DNA of 64,000 nucleotides from positions 599-64,598 of the forward strand of contig JBAZPX010000003.1 of the NCBI GenBank assembly GCA_041645555.1, written 5' to 3'. The DNA is from Patescibacteria group bacterium. GTDB taxonomy: Bacteria; Patescibacteriota; Patescibacteriia; Patescibacteriales; JAQTRU01. A program made the translations under genes and the position numbers. Below are positions 9,252-19,094 of the stretch, in pieces. The notes under the pieces are model-generated. The model did not search any database, was not told the origin of the DNA, and saw only the letters and a program-made list of their open reading frames with translations. The number at the start of each line of letters is the position of its first letter. The first letter of the stretch is position 1.

Positions 9252-10398
9252 AAATAATAAATTTTCCTTGTTTAATTTGCTCTTTGTAGTTTTCTTCTAA
9301 GCTTGACCAGCTAATTAAGTTGGCCAGAAATTGTTCCTTTTCTTTTTCCGCCATGAAGTCCGGCTGGGCCAATTTTGATTTTAAGGAATAGAGATAAAAT
9401 TCAGTTTTTTTATCCGCGATATTTACGCCGACAGCTAGTCCTTCCTGCGTATCAGAAGAAAAATATTGGTCAAAGATGAAATTACCCAAAGAATAAAAAA
9501 TCGGTTTATTTTTATAAATTTCAAGGCCTTGGACGACATGCGGGTGGTGGCCGATTATTAGATCGGCTCCGGCATCAACTAAAACATGCGCCGTTTCCTG
9601 CTGGATTTTATTAAATCGATGCTCGTATTCTGTCCCCCAATGGATATTAACGATAACGATATCAGTCTGCCCGGCTAAATTTTCTATCGCCTTCTTTATG
9701 GCCTCATCATCCAATTTTTTATAAACCATACTGAACCCGGCCAAGCCGATTTTTTTTCCGTTCGCCCTGTTAGAAATTCCGTCATTTCTAACGGGGTAAA
9801 TTTCAATAATTTTTCCGCTGCAATCTCCGCTTTGGCCGTCCTGGCAGCCGCTATAATAAAAACCTTGGGTTTCCAGGTTCTTTCTGGTTTCAATTATACC
9901 ATGCTCGCCCTGGTCGGCAAAATGGTTATTAGCCAGGTTAAAGAAATTAAAATTATATTTTTTCAGATTGGAAACTATCTCCGGAGAAAAAGAAAAATCA
10001 TAAGCCATCTCCGGTTTGTAATGCGCGCCTTCGTCCGCGACCGCTCCCTCAAGATTGCCGCTTATAAGGTCATAACCCCGGAAGAATTTTTTTTCGTCTA
10101 AATTTTCCAAAAGATAAGGAAAGCCCTTTTGGCTTATTTTTTCTCCCACATGGCGGTCAAGCATTATATCCCCGAGAAAAAGCGTTTTTAGGGACGAAGA
10201 GTTTTTCTCTGGCTCTATTTTCCCCGGGGCAAGAAAATAACTGTCTGTGTCTTTAATCTCCGAATAAAAAACTAGTATCAGGAAAAGACTGACAATAGAA
10301 ATTGCCGCCAAACTTAATATTTTTATTTGTTTTTCCGGGTCAATTTTTAAGAGGGGATTCACCCCGTTAGAAATTTTTTTCCCTTTTTCCCCCATCAT
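9244..10398 (-). CDS. CapA family (poly-gamma-glutamate capsule synthesis / metallophosphatase-like) protein
   Basis: 384-aa ORF with an N-terminal TM anchor. FLGDIMLDR, LANNHFADQG and IIGHHPHVVQG match the CapA/PGA_cap pattern. The N-terminus MMGEKGKKISNGVN is repeat-encoded. Confidence 0.85.
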   Translation of the reverse strand: MMGEKGKKISNGVNPLLKIDPEKQIKILSLAAISIVSLFLILVFYSEIKDTDSYFLAPGKIEPEKNSSSLKTLFLGDIMLDRHVGEKISQKGFPYLLENLDEKKFFRGYDLISGNLEGAVADEGAHYKPEMAYDFSFSPEIVSNLKKYNFNFFNLANNHFADQGEHGIIETRKNLETQGFYYSGCQDGQSGDCSGKIIEIYPVRNDGISNRANGKKIGLAGFSMVYKKLDDEAIKKAIENLAGQTDIVIVNIHWGTEYEHRFNKIQQETAHVLVDAGADLIIGHHPHVVQGLEIYKNKPIFYSLGNFIFDQYFSSDTQEGLAVGVNIADKKTEFYLYSLKSKLAQPDFMAEKEKEQFLANLISWSSLEENYKEQIKQGKFIIYE

Positions 10399-10486
10399 AA
10401 TATTTTACCTATTTTTAAAATATTTTTTTCCACGCTAAAAATTTCGTTATTCTTTTTATTTAACCAAATTTCTAACGGGGTTCATA
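10357..10486 (-). mobile_element. ORF-less (MITE-like) derivative of the GIY-YIG minielement
   Basis: ATTCACCCCGTTAGAAAT (10357-10374) and ATTTCTAACGGGGTTCATA (10468-10486) are only 93 nt apart. The GIY-YIG ORF is reduced to MNPVRNLVK*. The capA start codon lies inside the element. Confidence 0.55.
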
Positions 10487-10505
10487 GTCTAATTATAACG
10501 CAAAT

Positions 10506-10544
10506 AAAGAAAAAACCATATCAGGGTATGGTTTTTTCTTTATT
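10506..10544. terminator. bidirectional hairpin terminator
   Basis: AAAGAAAAAACCATA / TATGGTTTTTTCTTT stem with A- and T-runs on both sides. Confidence 0.6.
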
Positions 10545-10560
10545 TATGGATGAGATTTAT

Positions 10561-10680
10561 CCGCCTTCGCAGAAGACCTGTGCGCAAGCATGCGGGATGA
10601 ATGCTAAAACCTTCTGCTTCGGCGGATTTCGCTCCGCCGGCCGGAACAAAGAGATGCCGCATGCGTAAGCTTGCGGAGCT
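10561..10680. repeat. GC-rich palindromic intergenic block (REP-like)
   Basis: CCGCCTTCGCAGAAG ... CTTCTGCTTCGGCGG and GCGCAAGCATGCGG ... CCGCATGCGTAAGCTTGCGG are inverted segments, in sharp compositional contrast to the flanks. Confidence 0.5.
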
Positions 10681-11250
10681 TCATTTTCTCATTTTTATCT
10701 CGTAATTTATTTGTTCTATCTTCCTTAAATTGCCTTTAGCTTGGTCGTATTTAGTGCGTAGGTAGCCGGTCATGTCAAAGATTATCAATTGGTCCATAAT
10801 TTCATTCAGGGTGTTTTTTATTTTTTCCACTTCAGAAAATTTTCCGGCCGCCGCCTGGTTAACGGCGTAGCGGACTAATTCGCCGGTCGTATCGCAAATT
10901 CCGCCCAAATAGCTCTCAAAGCTTAAATTTACTTCTTTGATTTTATCAATTTTTTTGCTGGTAATTAAGAAATAAAACATTTTTGCTTCGGCATATTCTT
11001 CCGCTCCGGCCCGATAGGACCCTTCTTCGTTAATTCTTTTCCAACCGAAATTCTTTTCTAATTTTTGGAAAATTTTTTCTATGGCCGCGAGATTCTCTTC
11101 CGCTTGTTTAATATCTCCCCGGTGCAGAGAAAAAATTACTCTTTTGGAATCATGCAAGGCAATATTGGCTAGGCTTATAATTTGCCGGCGCTGGCTATTT
11201 TGCTCGTCATGGTCCTTTTTTAATTTCTCAATGAATTTTTTGTTTATCAT
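10681..11250 (-). CDS. translin-family-like protein
   Basis: 189-aa all-helical ORF. YLGGICDTTGELVR resembles the translin Y..G..D..GEL motif. Assignment is from memory only. Confidence 0.45.
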   Translation of the reverse strand: MINKKFIEKLKKDHDEQNSQRRQIISLANIALHDSKRVIFSLHRGDIKQAEENLAAIEKIFQKLEKNFGWKRINEEGSYRAGAEEYAEAKMFYFLITSKKIDKIKEVNLSFESYLGGICDTTGELVRYAVNQAAAGKFSEVEKIKNTLNEIMDQLIIFDMTGYLRTKYDQAKGNLRKIEQINYEIKMRK

Positions 11251-11368
11251 ATGAACACGAATAGTCGCGAATAAACACGAATAAAACGAATTATTGTAAT
11301 CGTGCTCGCTTGTTAAAATTAAAAACTGTAAAAATATTCCTAATTAACTAATCAACTAATTAACTAAT

Positions 11369-13075
11369 TTATTTTTCCTCCGCCACCCTAAAGACTTCAT
11401 CAACGCTGGTAGTTCCCGCCAAGGCTTTTAAAAGGCCGTCCTGGACCATGGTCACCATCCCGTTTTTAACCGCAATTTCCCGGATATCATATTCGCTTAA
11501 CTGCCCGGACAAAATCAGCTTTTCTATTTCTTTATTCATAATTAAAATTTCATAAATTCCGATCCGCCCTTTATAGCCGATTTCCTGGCAAACCGGACAA
11601 CCGGTGCCTTTGTAAAATTTTAGGTTATTAAAATCAATTTCCTTTTTGTCTTCCTCCGTTAGTTTTTCTAAAATTTCTTTCACTCTTTTTAAAGTTTCCT
11701 CGTCAACTTCCGCCGGCTGTTTGCATTTTGCGCAAAGCCGCCTGACTAAACGCTGGCCGATTATGGCGTTAATGGCCGGGGCCAGCAAAAATGATTTAGC
11801 GCCCATAGATAAAAACCTGGGAATAGCGCCGGCGGCGTCATTAGTGTGGATAGTGGACAAAACCAGATGGCCGGTTAAAGCCGCCTGGATGGCGACTTCC
11901 GCCGTTTCCAAATCGCGGATTTCGCCGACCATAATCACATCCGGGTCTTGGCGGACAATCGAGCGCAGGGCTTTGCCGAAAGTATAGTCTTTATTGGTTT
12001 GGGATTGGTTTATTCCTTGAAGCTGGTATTCAATCGGGTCTTCAACCGTTATGATTTTAGTTTCCGGGCTGTTTAGTTTTTTTAAGATGGCGTAAAGGGT
12101 GGTAGTTTTGCCGGATCCGGTCGGCCCGGTCGTAACAATCATGCCATTAGGCCGCTCCACTTCTTTTTTCAGCTGGTTAAAAGATTTGTCTCTTATGCCT
12201 AAATCTTCAAAAGCCAATCCGACCGTGCTGGAACGCAGGAGCCTCATAACCACGCTTTCGCCATAGTTGGTGGGAAGAAAAGAGACCCTGATATCAATTC
12301 GTTCCTTTTTGGTATAAATGGAAATGCGGCCGTCTTGGGGCTTATCATTAATATTGATTTTCACGCCGGCCAAACCTTTTAAGCGGGAAATAATTTTTTG
12401 CCAGAACTGTTTGTCCAAAATAGCGATATCATGCAGGACGCCGTCAATTCTTAACCTCACCTTTATTTCCTTTTCTTCCGCCTCTATGTGCATATCCGAA
12501 GAGCCGGATTTAATGGCTGCCGCCATGATAATGGTAATGGTATCGCTAATTTGGGCGCCGTTAATTTTTTCCTGCAGATCGCGGAAAGAGGAAAATTCTT
12601 CGCTGTATTTTTCCAGTTCTTCTTCGCTTATGCTTACTCCTTTTATATGCTTTGTGATTTTCGGGATTGTTCTATAAAGTTTTAAAGCGTAGTTTAAGCT
12701 AAAAGAAGAAATTAAATAGATTTTTCCCTCGGTATGGTATTTTTCATTTATTTTTTTAAAAAGTTCTTCAACCTCGTTATTTCCCGGCTCCGCCGTTCCT
12801 AAGTGGATATTCCGGCCGTCATAATGAAAACAGACCGTTTTTAAGCGGCGGGCTTCCTTTTCTTCTATAAGAGAAATCGCTTCGGGGCTGATAGGAAAGC
12901 CGTATAAGTTAATATAAGGCAAACCTAAGCCAACCGCCTCTCTTTCCGCCGCCGCCTCCGCTTCTTTCATTTTTATTTCCCCCTGTTTTTTTGAAAATTT
13001 GGCCTGGGCGCTTTCGTCCTCGGCTTCCCCCGCGGGCGTGATTAAATCTTCAATTGACTGGCTATTTTCAGACAT
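11369..13075 (-). CDS. pilB: type IV pilus / type II secretion ATPase (PilB/GspE family)
   Basis: 568-aa ORF with Walker A GPTGSGKTTT, Asp and His boxes, a C-terminal CAKC...CPVC zinc cluster and a GspE-type N-terminal domain. Confidence 0.9.
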   Translation of the reverse strand: MSENSQSIEDLITPAGEAEDESAQAKFSKKQGEIKMKEAEAAAEREAVGLGLPYINLYGFPISPEAISLIEEKEARRLKTVCFHYDGRNIHLGTAEPGNNEVEELFKKINEKYHTEGKIYLISSFSLNYALKLYRTIPKITKHIKGVSISEEELEKYSEEFSSFRDLQEKINGAQISDTITIIMAAAIKSGSSDMHIEAEEKEIKVRLRIDGVLHDIAILDKQFWQKIISRLKGLAGVKININDKPQDGRISIYTKKERIDIRVSFLPTNYGESVVMRLLRSSTVGLAFEDLGIRDKSFNQLKKEVERPNGMIVTTGPTGSGKTTTLYAILKKLNSPETKIITVEDPIEYQLQGINQSQTNKDYTFGKALRSIVRQDPDVIMVGEIRDLETAEVAIQAALTGHLVLSTIHTNDAAGAIPRFLSMGAKSFLLAPAINAIIGQRLVRRLCAKCKQPAEVDEETLKRVKEILEKLTEEDKKEIDFNNLKFYKGTGCPVCQEIGYKGRIGIYEILIMNKEIEKLILSGQLSEYDIREIAVKNGMVTMVQDGLLKALAGTTSVDEVFRVAEEK

Positions 13076-13125
13076 AGACTTTTTTATTAGCGTTATAACT
13101 AAATCATAACAAAATATGGAAAATA

Positions 13126-13154
13126 AATAAAGAAGGCGGGTCGCCTTCTTTATT
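13126..13154. terminator. bidirectional hairpin
   Basis: AATAAAGAAGGCG ggt CGCCTTCTTTATT, a perfect 13-bp stem. Confidence 0.55.
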
Positions 13155-13175
13155 TATAAAAATTTTTATTTTTCC

Positions 13176-14174
13176 TTATTTTTTCCATTCTTCAACGATT
13201 CTTTCAATCTTACTCACTCCCCCGCGGCCGATTAACTCCGTAAAAAGACCGGTCCAGGAAACCGTCTGAAAAGTTGTTAAAGCCGCGCCACCGCCGACAA
13301 TAATAGTTAATAGAACTATTAAGCCAATAACAATTATCAGCCAGAAACCGATAAATGATATGGCTTTATAGAGGATAAGAGCCAGAAACAAGAAAGGCAC
13401 AATCAGGATTAAGACAGCTAAAATTATACCCAAGCCAACCAGGAAGTTGATAAAAAATAAGATAAAAGCCATTTCTATGCTTATCAGCCAGTTTTTAGTA
13501 AACAACTGCCAGCCCTCTTTTATGGCGTTTATAAAATTGCTGCCTTTTATAACCACATAGCAGATAGCGTATTTAATTATAAAAGATAGGACAATGGCCA
13601 GCGGGATAAAAATTATAAACAGAATTATATATAAGGAGCCATTTACGACCGGGTTCATTTTAGCCGCCCAAAAGACAACCGGCAGGCTGATAAAGAAAAA
13701 GGCTAGGCAGATAATAATTTTTATAATTATATTTAACCCCAGGACCGGCCAGAAATATCTGACTCCGGCCGCCACTCCTCTTCTAACTCCGGAAGATAGC
13801 TCCTTTTTTCCGCTGATAATTTCCGCTGAATTATTCACTAAAGCGGTTTGGGAAACAGTCATCAGCCAGATCAAAAAAACTATGAGAGCTAAAATAATTA
13901 AGCTTACCAGAATTAAAACAATGGCCGTAAAGGGGTCATTTTTCAGGAGCTCGCCCATATTAGCCAAACCGCTTCGGCTAAAGATTCCGGTTTCCGCCAG
14001 CCGGGAAAAATTAGGGAAAAGATTCTGAGCCGTGTCGCCGCCGATTCCTTGCACGAGAACCTGATATTCTCCGCCGCCGCCGATTAAAGTGGCGAATAAA
14101 CCGAAGAACCATAAATATTTGTGGCGCCAGGTAATGGAGAGAGCTTGTTTTAAAATGTTGCGATAAAGAGACAT
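13176..14174 (-). CDS. polytopic membrane protein, function unknown
   Basis: 332-aa ORF with about 7 long hydrophobic segments. No motif recognised. Confidence 0.6.
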   Translation of the reverse strand: MSLYRNILKQALSITWRHKYLWFFGLFATLIGGGGEYQVLVQGIGGDTAQNLFPNFSRLAETGIFSRSGLANMGELLKNDPFTAIVLILVSLIILALIVFLIWLMTVSQTALVNNSAEIISGKKELSSGVRRGVAAGVRYFWPVLGLNIIIKIIICLAFFFISLPVVFWAAKMNPVVNGSLYIILFIIFIPLAIVLSFIIKYAICYVVIKGSNFINAIKEGWQLFTKNWLISIEMAFILFFINFLVGLGIILAVLILIVPFLFLALILYKAISFIGFWLIIVIGLIVLLTIIVGGGAALTTFQTVSWTGLFTELIGRGGVSKIERIVEEWKK

Positions 14175-14290
14175 ATTTTTAAAATTAAAAAATAAAAATA
14201 TTAAATAAAAATAAAGTTATTTGTAGCTATATTTATATTATAACATAATATTTTAGAATCAAGAAGCGGGAGGGTATTATTTTGTTTTAG

Positions 14291-14319
14291 TTGACAAAAA
14301 TTGGGTTATATGCTATATT
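14291..14319 (+). promoter_or_regulatory. consensus-like promoter at the left edge of the GC-rich island
   Basis: TTGACA (14291-14296), 17-nt spacer, TATATT (14314-14319). Confidence 0.55.
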
Positions 14320-14368
14320 TTTAAATCAAAATTATAGTCCATTAACATAACAGAACCAGGAGGCAATT

Positions 14369-14809
14369 ATGCCGGGTAATAGCGAGGAAGACCGAGTAAG
14401 AAAAAAGATTCTGATAGTCTGTGAGGTTTTTGTTCGGCAAAACATCATGAGAAATATTCTGTCTTCCATTTTTAAGGGAGCAGAGTTAATCGTGATGAAA
14501 GATGCGAAAGACGCGCTTCCTTATTTATGCGCGAATCGGCATGAAATAAGTTATATTTTTTGCTGCCACAGCGACAAGACAGACAGCCTTGCCTTTTTGC
14601 AGATGTGGCGGGAAGTTGAGGAATTTTCGTCTTTACCATTCATCGTAGTAGTAATGGACGAAAATTTTGTCAGGGTTAGCGAAGAAGCGAAGAAGAAGGG
14701 AGCTATTTTTATCCGATTCCCCCGAAACCCAGACAGAAAATCCTGCGCTGACCTTATCGCTGGCGAAATTGCCAGAAGGGAAATGATGCAGAGAAGGAAA
14801 GATAAGTGA
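14369..14809 (+). CDS. hypothetical protein, possibly a degenerate CheY-like receiver fold
   Basis: 146-aa ORF with AGGAGG 6 nt upstream. The pattern KKILIVCE...SYIFCCHSD...PFIVVVMD resembles a receiver beta-alpha layout, but the acidic pocket residues are not evident. Confidence 0.45.
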   Translation: MPGNSEEDRVRKKILIVCEVFVRQNIMRNILSSIFKGAELIVMKDAKDALPYLCANRHEISYIFCCHSDKTDSLAFLQMWREVEEFSSLPFIVVVMDENFVRVSEEAKKKGAIFIRFPRNPDRKSCADLIAGEIARREMMQRRKDK

Positions 14810-14841
14810 GCCGTTTTTTTTCAAAAAAACGGCTCTTTTTT
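14808..14841 (+). terminator. intrinsic terminator
   Basis: GAGCCGTTTTTTT / AAAAAAACGGCTC hairpin followed by TTTTTT. Confidence 0.65.
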
Positions 14842-14846
14842 ATAGT

Positions 14847-14962
14847 TTGACTTTCAAGGGAAAATTAGGTAAATTTAAAGCATAAAAACAACTAACCCAA
14901 GGAGGAAAAACCCCAGTGAGATAAAGTAATGTCTCACGGGGTAAAGGAGGGTTAGTTTTTTT
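14847..14962 (+). promoter_or_regulatory. candidate promoter plus terminator-like leader hairpin upstream of the PurL-like gene
   Basis: TTGACT (14847-14852), 17 nt, TAAATT (14870-14875). Then a nested hairpin: AACTAACCC (14890-14898) pairs with GGGTTAGTT (14949-14957), enclosing CCCCAGTGAGA/TCTCACGGGG, followed by a T-run. Confidence 0.35.
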
Positions 14963-15025
14963 GTCCTTTGACAGACGAATAACGTATTTTTGGATAAATC
15001 ACACTAAACCGAAGGGAGATTGGAA

Positions 15026-18000
15026 ATGTTAATGCATTTCTACTCAAGAATCAGTCCCACCGAAGAGCTCTGCTATAACGTAGAAGTTGACGGCGCTTTT
15101 TCTCGTCGTCAGATTAAAAAGTTAAAGAGTTTCTTCAGGGAAAAAGGCACGGAGCATATTTTCTCCGCCAGCCGCCTAAGAGGCGACGTGGCGGAGGTGG
15201 GACCTCACCCGCAGATGCGGACAAATTTTTGTTCGCAGGCCATTGAGCTCTTGCATGACTGCGGATTGTTCAAAATTAAAATTGTGGAGGTATCACGGAG
15301 AATCGTAGTCCCGGCCGGTGTTGACCGCGACTCGTTTGTGGCGGATTTGTATGATCCGATGCGGGAACGTATTTACTATGAACCTTTGCAAAGTTTTGTG
15401 TCTAACATCGTTCCGCCTCCGGTAATAACTGTACCCCTATTGGGTGAAGGTATGGAGGCGATGGCCCGGGCTAACAAAGAATATAAACTCGGGTTTGATT
15501 CGCAGTTTCAAGAACATTTCTTCAATTTGTTTGTGAATTACCTCAAACGCAATCCGACTAACGCCGAACTTATTCAGTTAGCGGCAATGTGCTCAAACCA
15601 TTCGTTTCACACCTTATTCGGAGCAGTGGTGAGTATCGACGGCCAACGGATGGCGCACACCTTGATGGAGCTTATCAAAGAGCCCTGGCGCCGGAATCCT
15701 GGCAACAGTGTCGTTGCTTTTCATGACAATGCTAGTGCAATTAGGGGAGCTATGGCGCGCATATTGCAGCCGGAAAATCCTGGGCAACCTAGCCGGATGA
15801 TTTTTCAGGAAGCTTTATGGCACATCTCCACAACCGTGGAAACGCATTGTTACCCCACGCTCTGGTGCCCCTGGCCAGGAGCGCAAACCGGTATTGGTGG
15901 CTGTTTGCGCGACGGACTGGCTATTGGTCGCGGTGGTGATCATCGCCATGCCATTGCCGGATTCTACACGGGCAACTTATTTATCGATGATTACCCCATG
16001 CCCTGGGAAATAGGAGCGCCAATGTTTCCTTCAAGGGTAATGGCGTCTCCGCTTCGGATTATCAAAGACGCGACTTGGGGAACTTGGGCCTATGGCAACC
16101 AGTATGGTGTTCCGGTAACTCAGGGAGTCGCCCGGACGTTTGGCATGATTTTCCCCAGCGGAGAACATTACGAGTATTACAAGCCAATTATGATGGCCGG
16201 ACTTCATGGCGGTGTTCGCGATGAGCATGCTGCCAAAGGCAAAGCCAGCAAGGGATTGACAATCGTTGGAATCGGCGGACCAGGATACCGGATTGGTTAT
16301 TTCGGCGGTCCTGGTTCAAGCGAGATAACCGATGAAGCAAAGGAAGTTTCTGATCGTAATGCTGTACAACGCGGCGACTCTCTAATGGGTCAGGTAACCT
16401 GGCGGGTTATTCGGGCCTGTACCGAACTCGGCTCCAGAAATCCGATTATTTCAATCCATGACCAGGGCGCGGTCGGACCTTGCGGGGTTCTTACCGAACT
16501 CATCGAGAAGTCTGGCGGACGCATCAGCATCCGCAAGATCCATTTGGGTGATTCGACTTTGTCGTTTGTGGAGATATGGGTTTGCGAATACCAGGAAAGA
16601 TACGGTCTTCTTATCCATCCGGATGATCTTGATCTCTTTATCTCCATCTGCGACTATGAAGGTTGCCCGGTTGAGATTTTGGGCGAAGTCACAGGCGACG
16701 GCAATATTGTCGTTTATGACGAACTCGATGGTTCAACACCCATTGATTTTCCAATCGAGGCCGCGCGGGCCGGATTACCGCAAAAGGTTATTACCGATAA
16801 GGCTCCGGCTTATTTGGGCGGTCCGATTACTATTCCTGGAAACCTGACGCTGTCCGAAGCTCTTGACTGGGTAATGAAATTTCCGCATGTCGGGAGCAAG
16901 GACTGGCTCGTAGACCGGGTAGACACTACGGTCGGCGGTCTGGTTGTCCAAAACCAGCGTTGCGGTCCGCATCGCTTGCCATTATCCAATGTGGCAGTGT
17001 CGGCTTTAGACTTTTTGGGCAAAATCGGAAGCGTTACGGCTTTGGGCGAATGTCCGCCGAAGATGATGCTTAATCCTCGGGCCGGCGCGCGTATGGCGGT
17101 AGCGGAAATGCTTACTAATCTTGCAGCCGCTCGAATTACCAAACGTGAGGATATCAGGGCGTCTGTGAATTGGATGTGGCCGGCAAAAGGCATCCCGGGC
17201 GGCGTTGCCAAGCTTTATTATGCTATGGAAGCGTTGACCGAGTTTATGATGGCTTTAGGAATTGCCTGCGACGGCGGTAAAGATTCTACATCTTTGGCCG
17301 CTCTTATCGCCAAGATGCTTATCAAATCCCCGGAAACCTTAGTGATTACCGGGTATGCGATGGTGCCGGATTTCCGAGAAGTCGCCACGCCGAATATTAA
17401 GTCGCCGGGTCAGAGCCGATTGCTTTATATTGATTTTGGCGGCGGCAAATACCGGCTGGGCGGATCGGCTTTCCTGCAATATCTAAAACAACTTGGCGAG
17501 GAGTGTCCGGACATTGAAGACAGAGATCTGTTTGTCCGCGCCTGGGAAGCAATTCAGAGACTTCATGATATGGGCAAACTCTTATCGCTTCACGATCGCA
17601 GTTGCGGCGGGCTCTTGATTACTATTCTTGAGATGCTTTTCGCCGGCGATTGTGGGGCATCAGTTAGTCTTAAGGGCGCCGATATCTGGGGCAAGATGTT
17701 TGCGGAAGAAGCCGGGTTTGTTTTGGAAATTCATGAAGATGATCTCCCGGACGTGCTGGCGTTGTTTGAAAAATGCGATGTGCCGGTAGTTGAAATCGGC
17801 CGGACAAAGGTTGAGAAAACCGTTAAGGTCGCTTTCAACAACGAAATCGTTCTGGCCGGATCAGTTCCGGAACTGCGGAGCGCTCATCGGGAAACAAGCC
17901 ACCAGATTGACCGGCTGCAAATCAACCCGGTTTGCGCAGACCAAGCCAAGCAAAATTTGCTTGATCCCGGAATCCCGTCCCTGGAACTTACTTTCACTCC

Positions 18001-18832
18001 CAGACCAACACCCCGGGAAATTTTAGAAGGAGGATTAAAGCCGCGGGTGGCGGTTTTGCGCAACAAGGGAACGAATGGAGACCGGGAAATGATTGCCGCT
18101 TTCAAGGCAGTCGGCTTCGAGGTTTACGACGTGCACATGAAAGCTCTGATTACCGGGCAGATAACCCTTGATTTCTTCCAGGGCATTGTTTTCGCCGGCG
18201 GATTTTCCTTTGCCGATATTTTCGGCGCTGGCAAGGGTTGGGCGATGCAGGTTCGGGAATGCCTGGCCGGGCAACTCAAAAAATTCATGGCTAGGCCCAA
18301 TACCTGGATTCTCGGGGTCTGCAATGGTTGTCAGGCTGGCGCGCTCTTGGGCTTAGCGCCATTCGAGAAGCTTGACCGTAAACGGCAGCCGCTTTTCCTC
18401 AGGAATACGTCGAGAGCATTTGAATCTCGATCAGTCGAAGTCGGGATACTGAAAAGCCCTTCGATCATGTTCACGGATATGGCCGGCTCGCGTCTTACTA
18501 TTCCGGTAGCGCATGGAGAAGGACGGATGTGGTTCCCGGATGAGGGAGCGATCCGCGAAGTGGCGGAAAATTATCTCGCTACTATGGCGTTCGTTGACAA
18601 CTCTGGCAGCCCGACCATGGATTATCCCCTTAATCCGAACGGTTCGGTTTATGGCTGGACTGGCCTCTGTGATCCTACGGGCCGGTTTAATCTTATGATG
18701 CCGCATCCGGAACGGATCTTTCTTCTGCAACAATGGCCGTGGCTGCCGCAAGGATGGGATGACCTTCTGGCCTCTCCGTGGATTCGGCTATTCCAGAATT
18801 TTTACGCGTTCTCGGTCGCGCATTGTGATTAA
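15026..18832 (+). CDS. purL: phosphoribosylformylglycinamidine (FGAM) synthase, large single-chain PurL type, divergent
   Basis: About 1268 aa from the ATG at 15026 (GGGAGA 6 nt upstream). It is collinear with E. coli PurL as I remember it. The C-terminal glutaminase motifs are intact: GVCNGCQ, HGEG, MMPHPER. Several synthetase-domain motifs are altered (SNHSFHTLF, ETHCYPT). Confidence 0.85.
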   Translation: MLMHFYSRISPTEELCYNVEVDGAFSRRQIKKLKSFFREKGTEHIFSASRLRGDVAEVGPHPQMRTNFCSQAIELLHDCGLFKIKIVEVSRRIVVPAGVDRDSFVADLYDPMRERIYYEPLQSFVSNIVPPPVITVPLLGEGMEAMARANKEYKLGFDSQFQEHFFNLFVNYLKRNPTNAELIQLAAMCSNHSFHTLFGAVVSIDGQRMAHTLMELIKEPWRRNPGNSVVAFHDNASAIRGAMARILQPENPGQPSRMIFQEALWHISTTVETHCYPTLWCPWPGAQTGIGGCLRDGLAIGRGGDHRHAIAGFYTGNLFIDDYPMPWEIGAPMFPSRVMASPLRIIKDATWGTWAYGNQYGVPVTQGVARTFGMIFPSGEHYEYYKPIMMAGLHGGVRDEHAAKGKASKGLTIVGIGGPGYRIGYFGGPGSSEITDEAKEVSDRNAVQRGDSLMGQVTWRVIRACTELGSRNPIISIHDQGAVGPCGVLTELIEKSGGRISIRKIHLGDSTLSFVEIWVCEYQERYGLLIHPDDLDLFISICDYEGCPVEILGEVTGDGNIVVYDELDGSTPIDFPIEAARAGLPQKVITDKAPAYLGGPITIPGNLTLSEALDWVMKFPHVGSKDWLVDRVDTTVGGLVVQNQRCGPHRLPLSNVAVSALDFLGKIGSVTALGECPPKMMLNPRAGARMAVAEMLTNLAAARITKREDIRASVNWMWPAKGIPGGVAKLYYAMEALTEFMMALGIACDGGKDSTSLAALIAKMLIKSPETLVITGYAMVPDFREVATPNIKSPGQSRLLYIDFGGGKYRLGGSAFLQYLKQLGEECPDIEDRDLFVRAWEAIQRLHDMGKLLSLHDRSCGGLLITILEMLFAGDCGASVSLKGADIWGKMFAEEAGFVLEIHEDDLPDVLALFEKCDVPVVEIGRTKVEKTVKVAFNNEIVLAGSVPELRSAHRETSHQIDRLQINPVCADQAKQNLLDPGIPSLELTFTPRPTPREILEGGLKPRVAVLRNKGTNGDREMIAAFKAVGFEVYDVHMKALITGQITLDFFQGIVFAGGFSFADIFGAGKGWAMQVRECLAGQLKKFMARPNTWILGVCNGCQAGALLGLAPFEKLDRKRQPLFLRNTSRAFESRSVEVGILKSPSIMFTDMAGSRLTIPVAHGEGRMWFPDEGAIREVAENYLATMAFVDNSGSPTMDYPLNPNGSVYGWTGLCDPTGRFNLMMPHPERIFLLQQWPWLPQGWDDLLASPWIRLFQNFYAFSVAHCD

Positions 18833-18859
18833 GAATTGATCTTTTTTAAACATGAAATA

Positions 18860-18897
18860 ACCCGCTAGACTTAGAGGAACTAGCGGGTTTTGTTTTT
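18860..18897 (+). terminator. intrinsic terminator of the PurL-like gene
   Basis: ACCCGCTAG / CTAGCGGGT stem followed by TTTTGTTTTT. Confidence 0.7.
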
Positions 18898-19094
18898 AAG
18901 TGAAGTTTAAGCGGGCTAATGCCCGCACTATCTTCACATCCCGCTGCTTCCAAAAAATTTGTTTAATTTTTAAAAGTTTTTTCAAGAAGTAGCGGCTTCG
19001 CCTTTCTTTCGGCTGCTTTAAAAGTTTTAATTCGCCGAAGCAGCGGGATATACCGGTCCGCCCCGCCCATTGCGAGGAGCGTGGCGGCTTTCGG

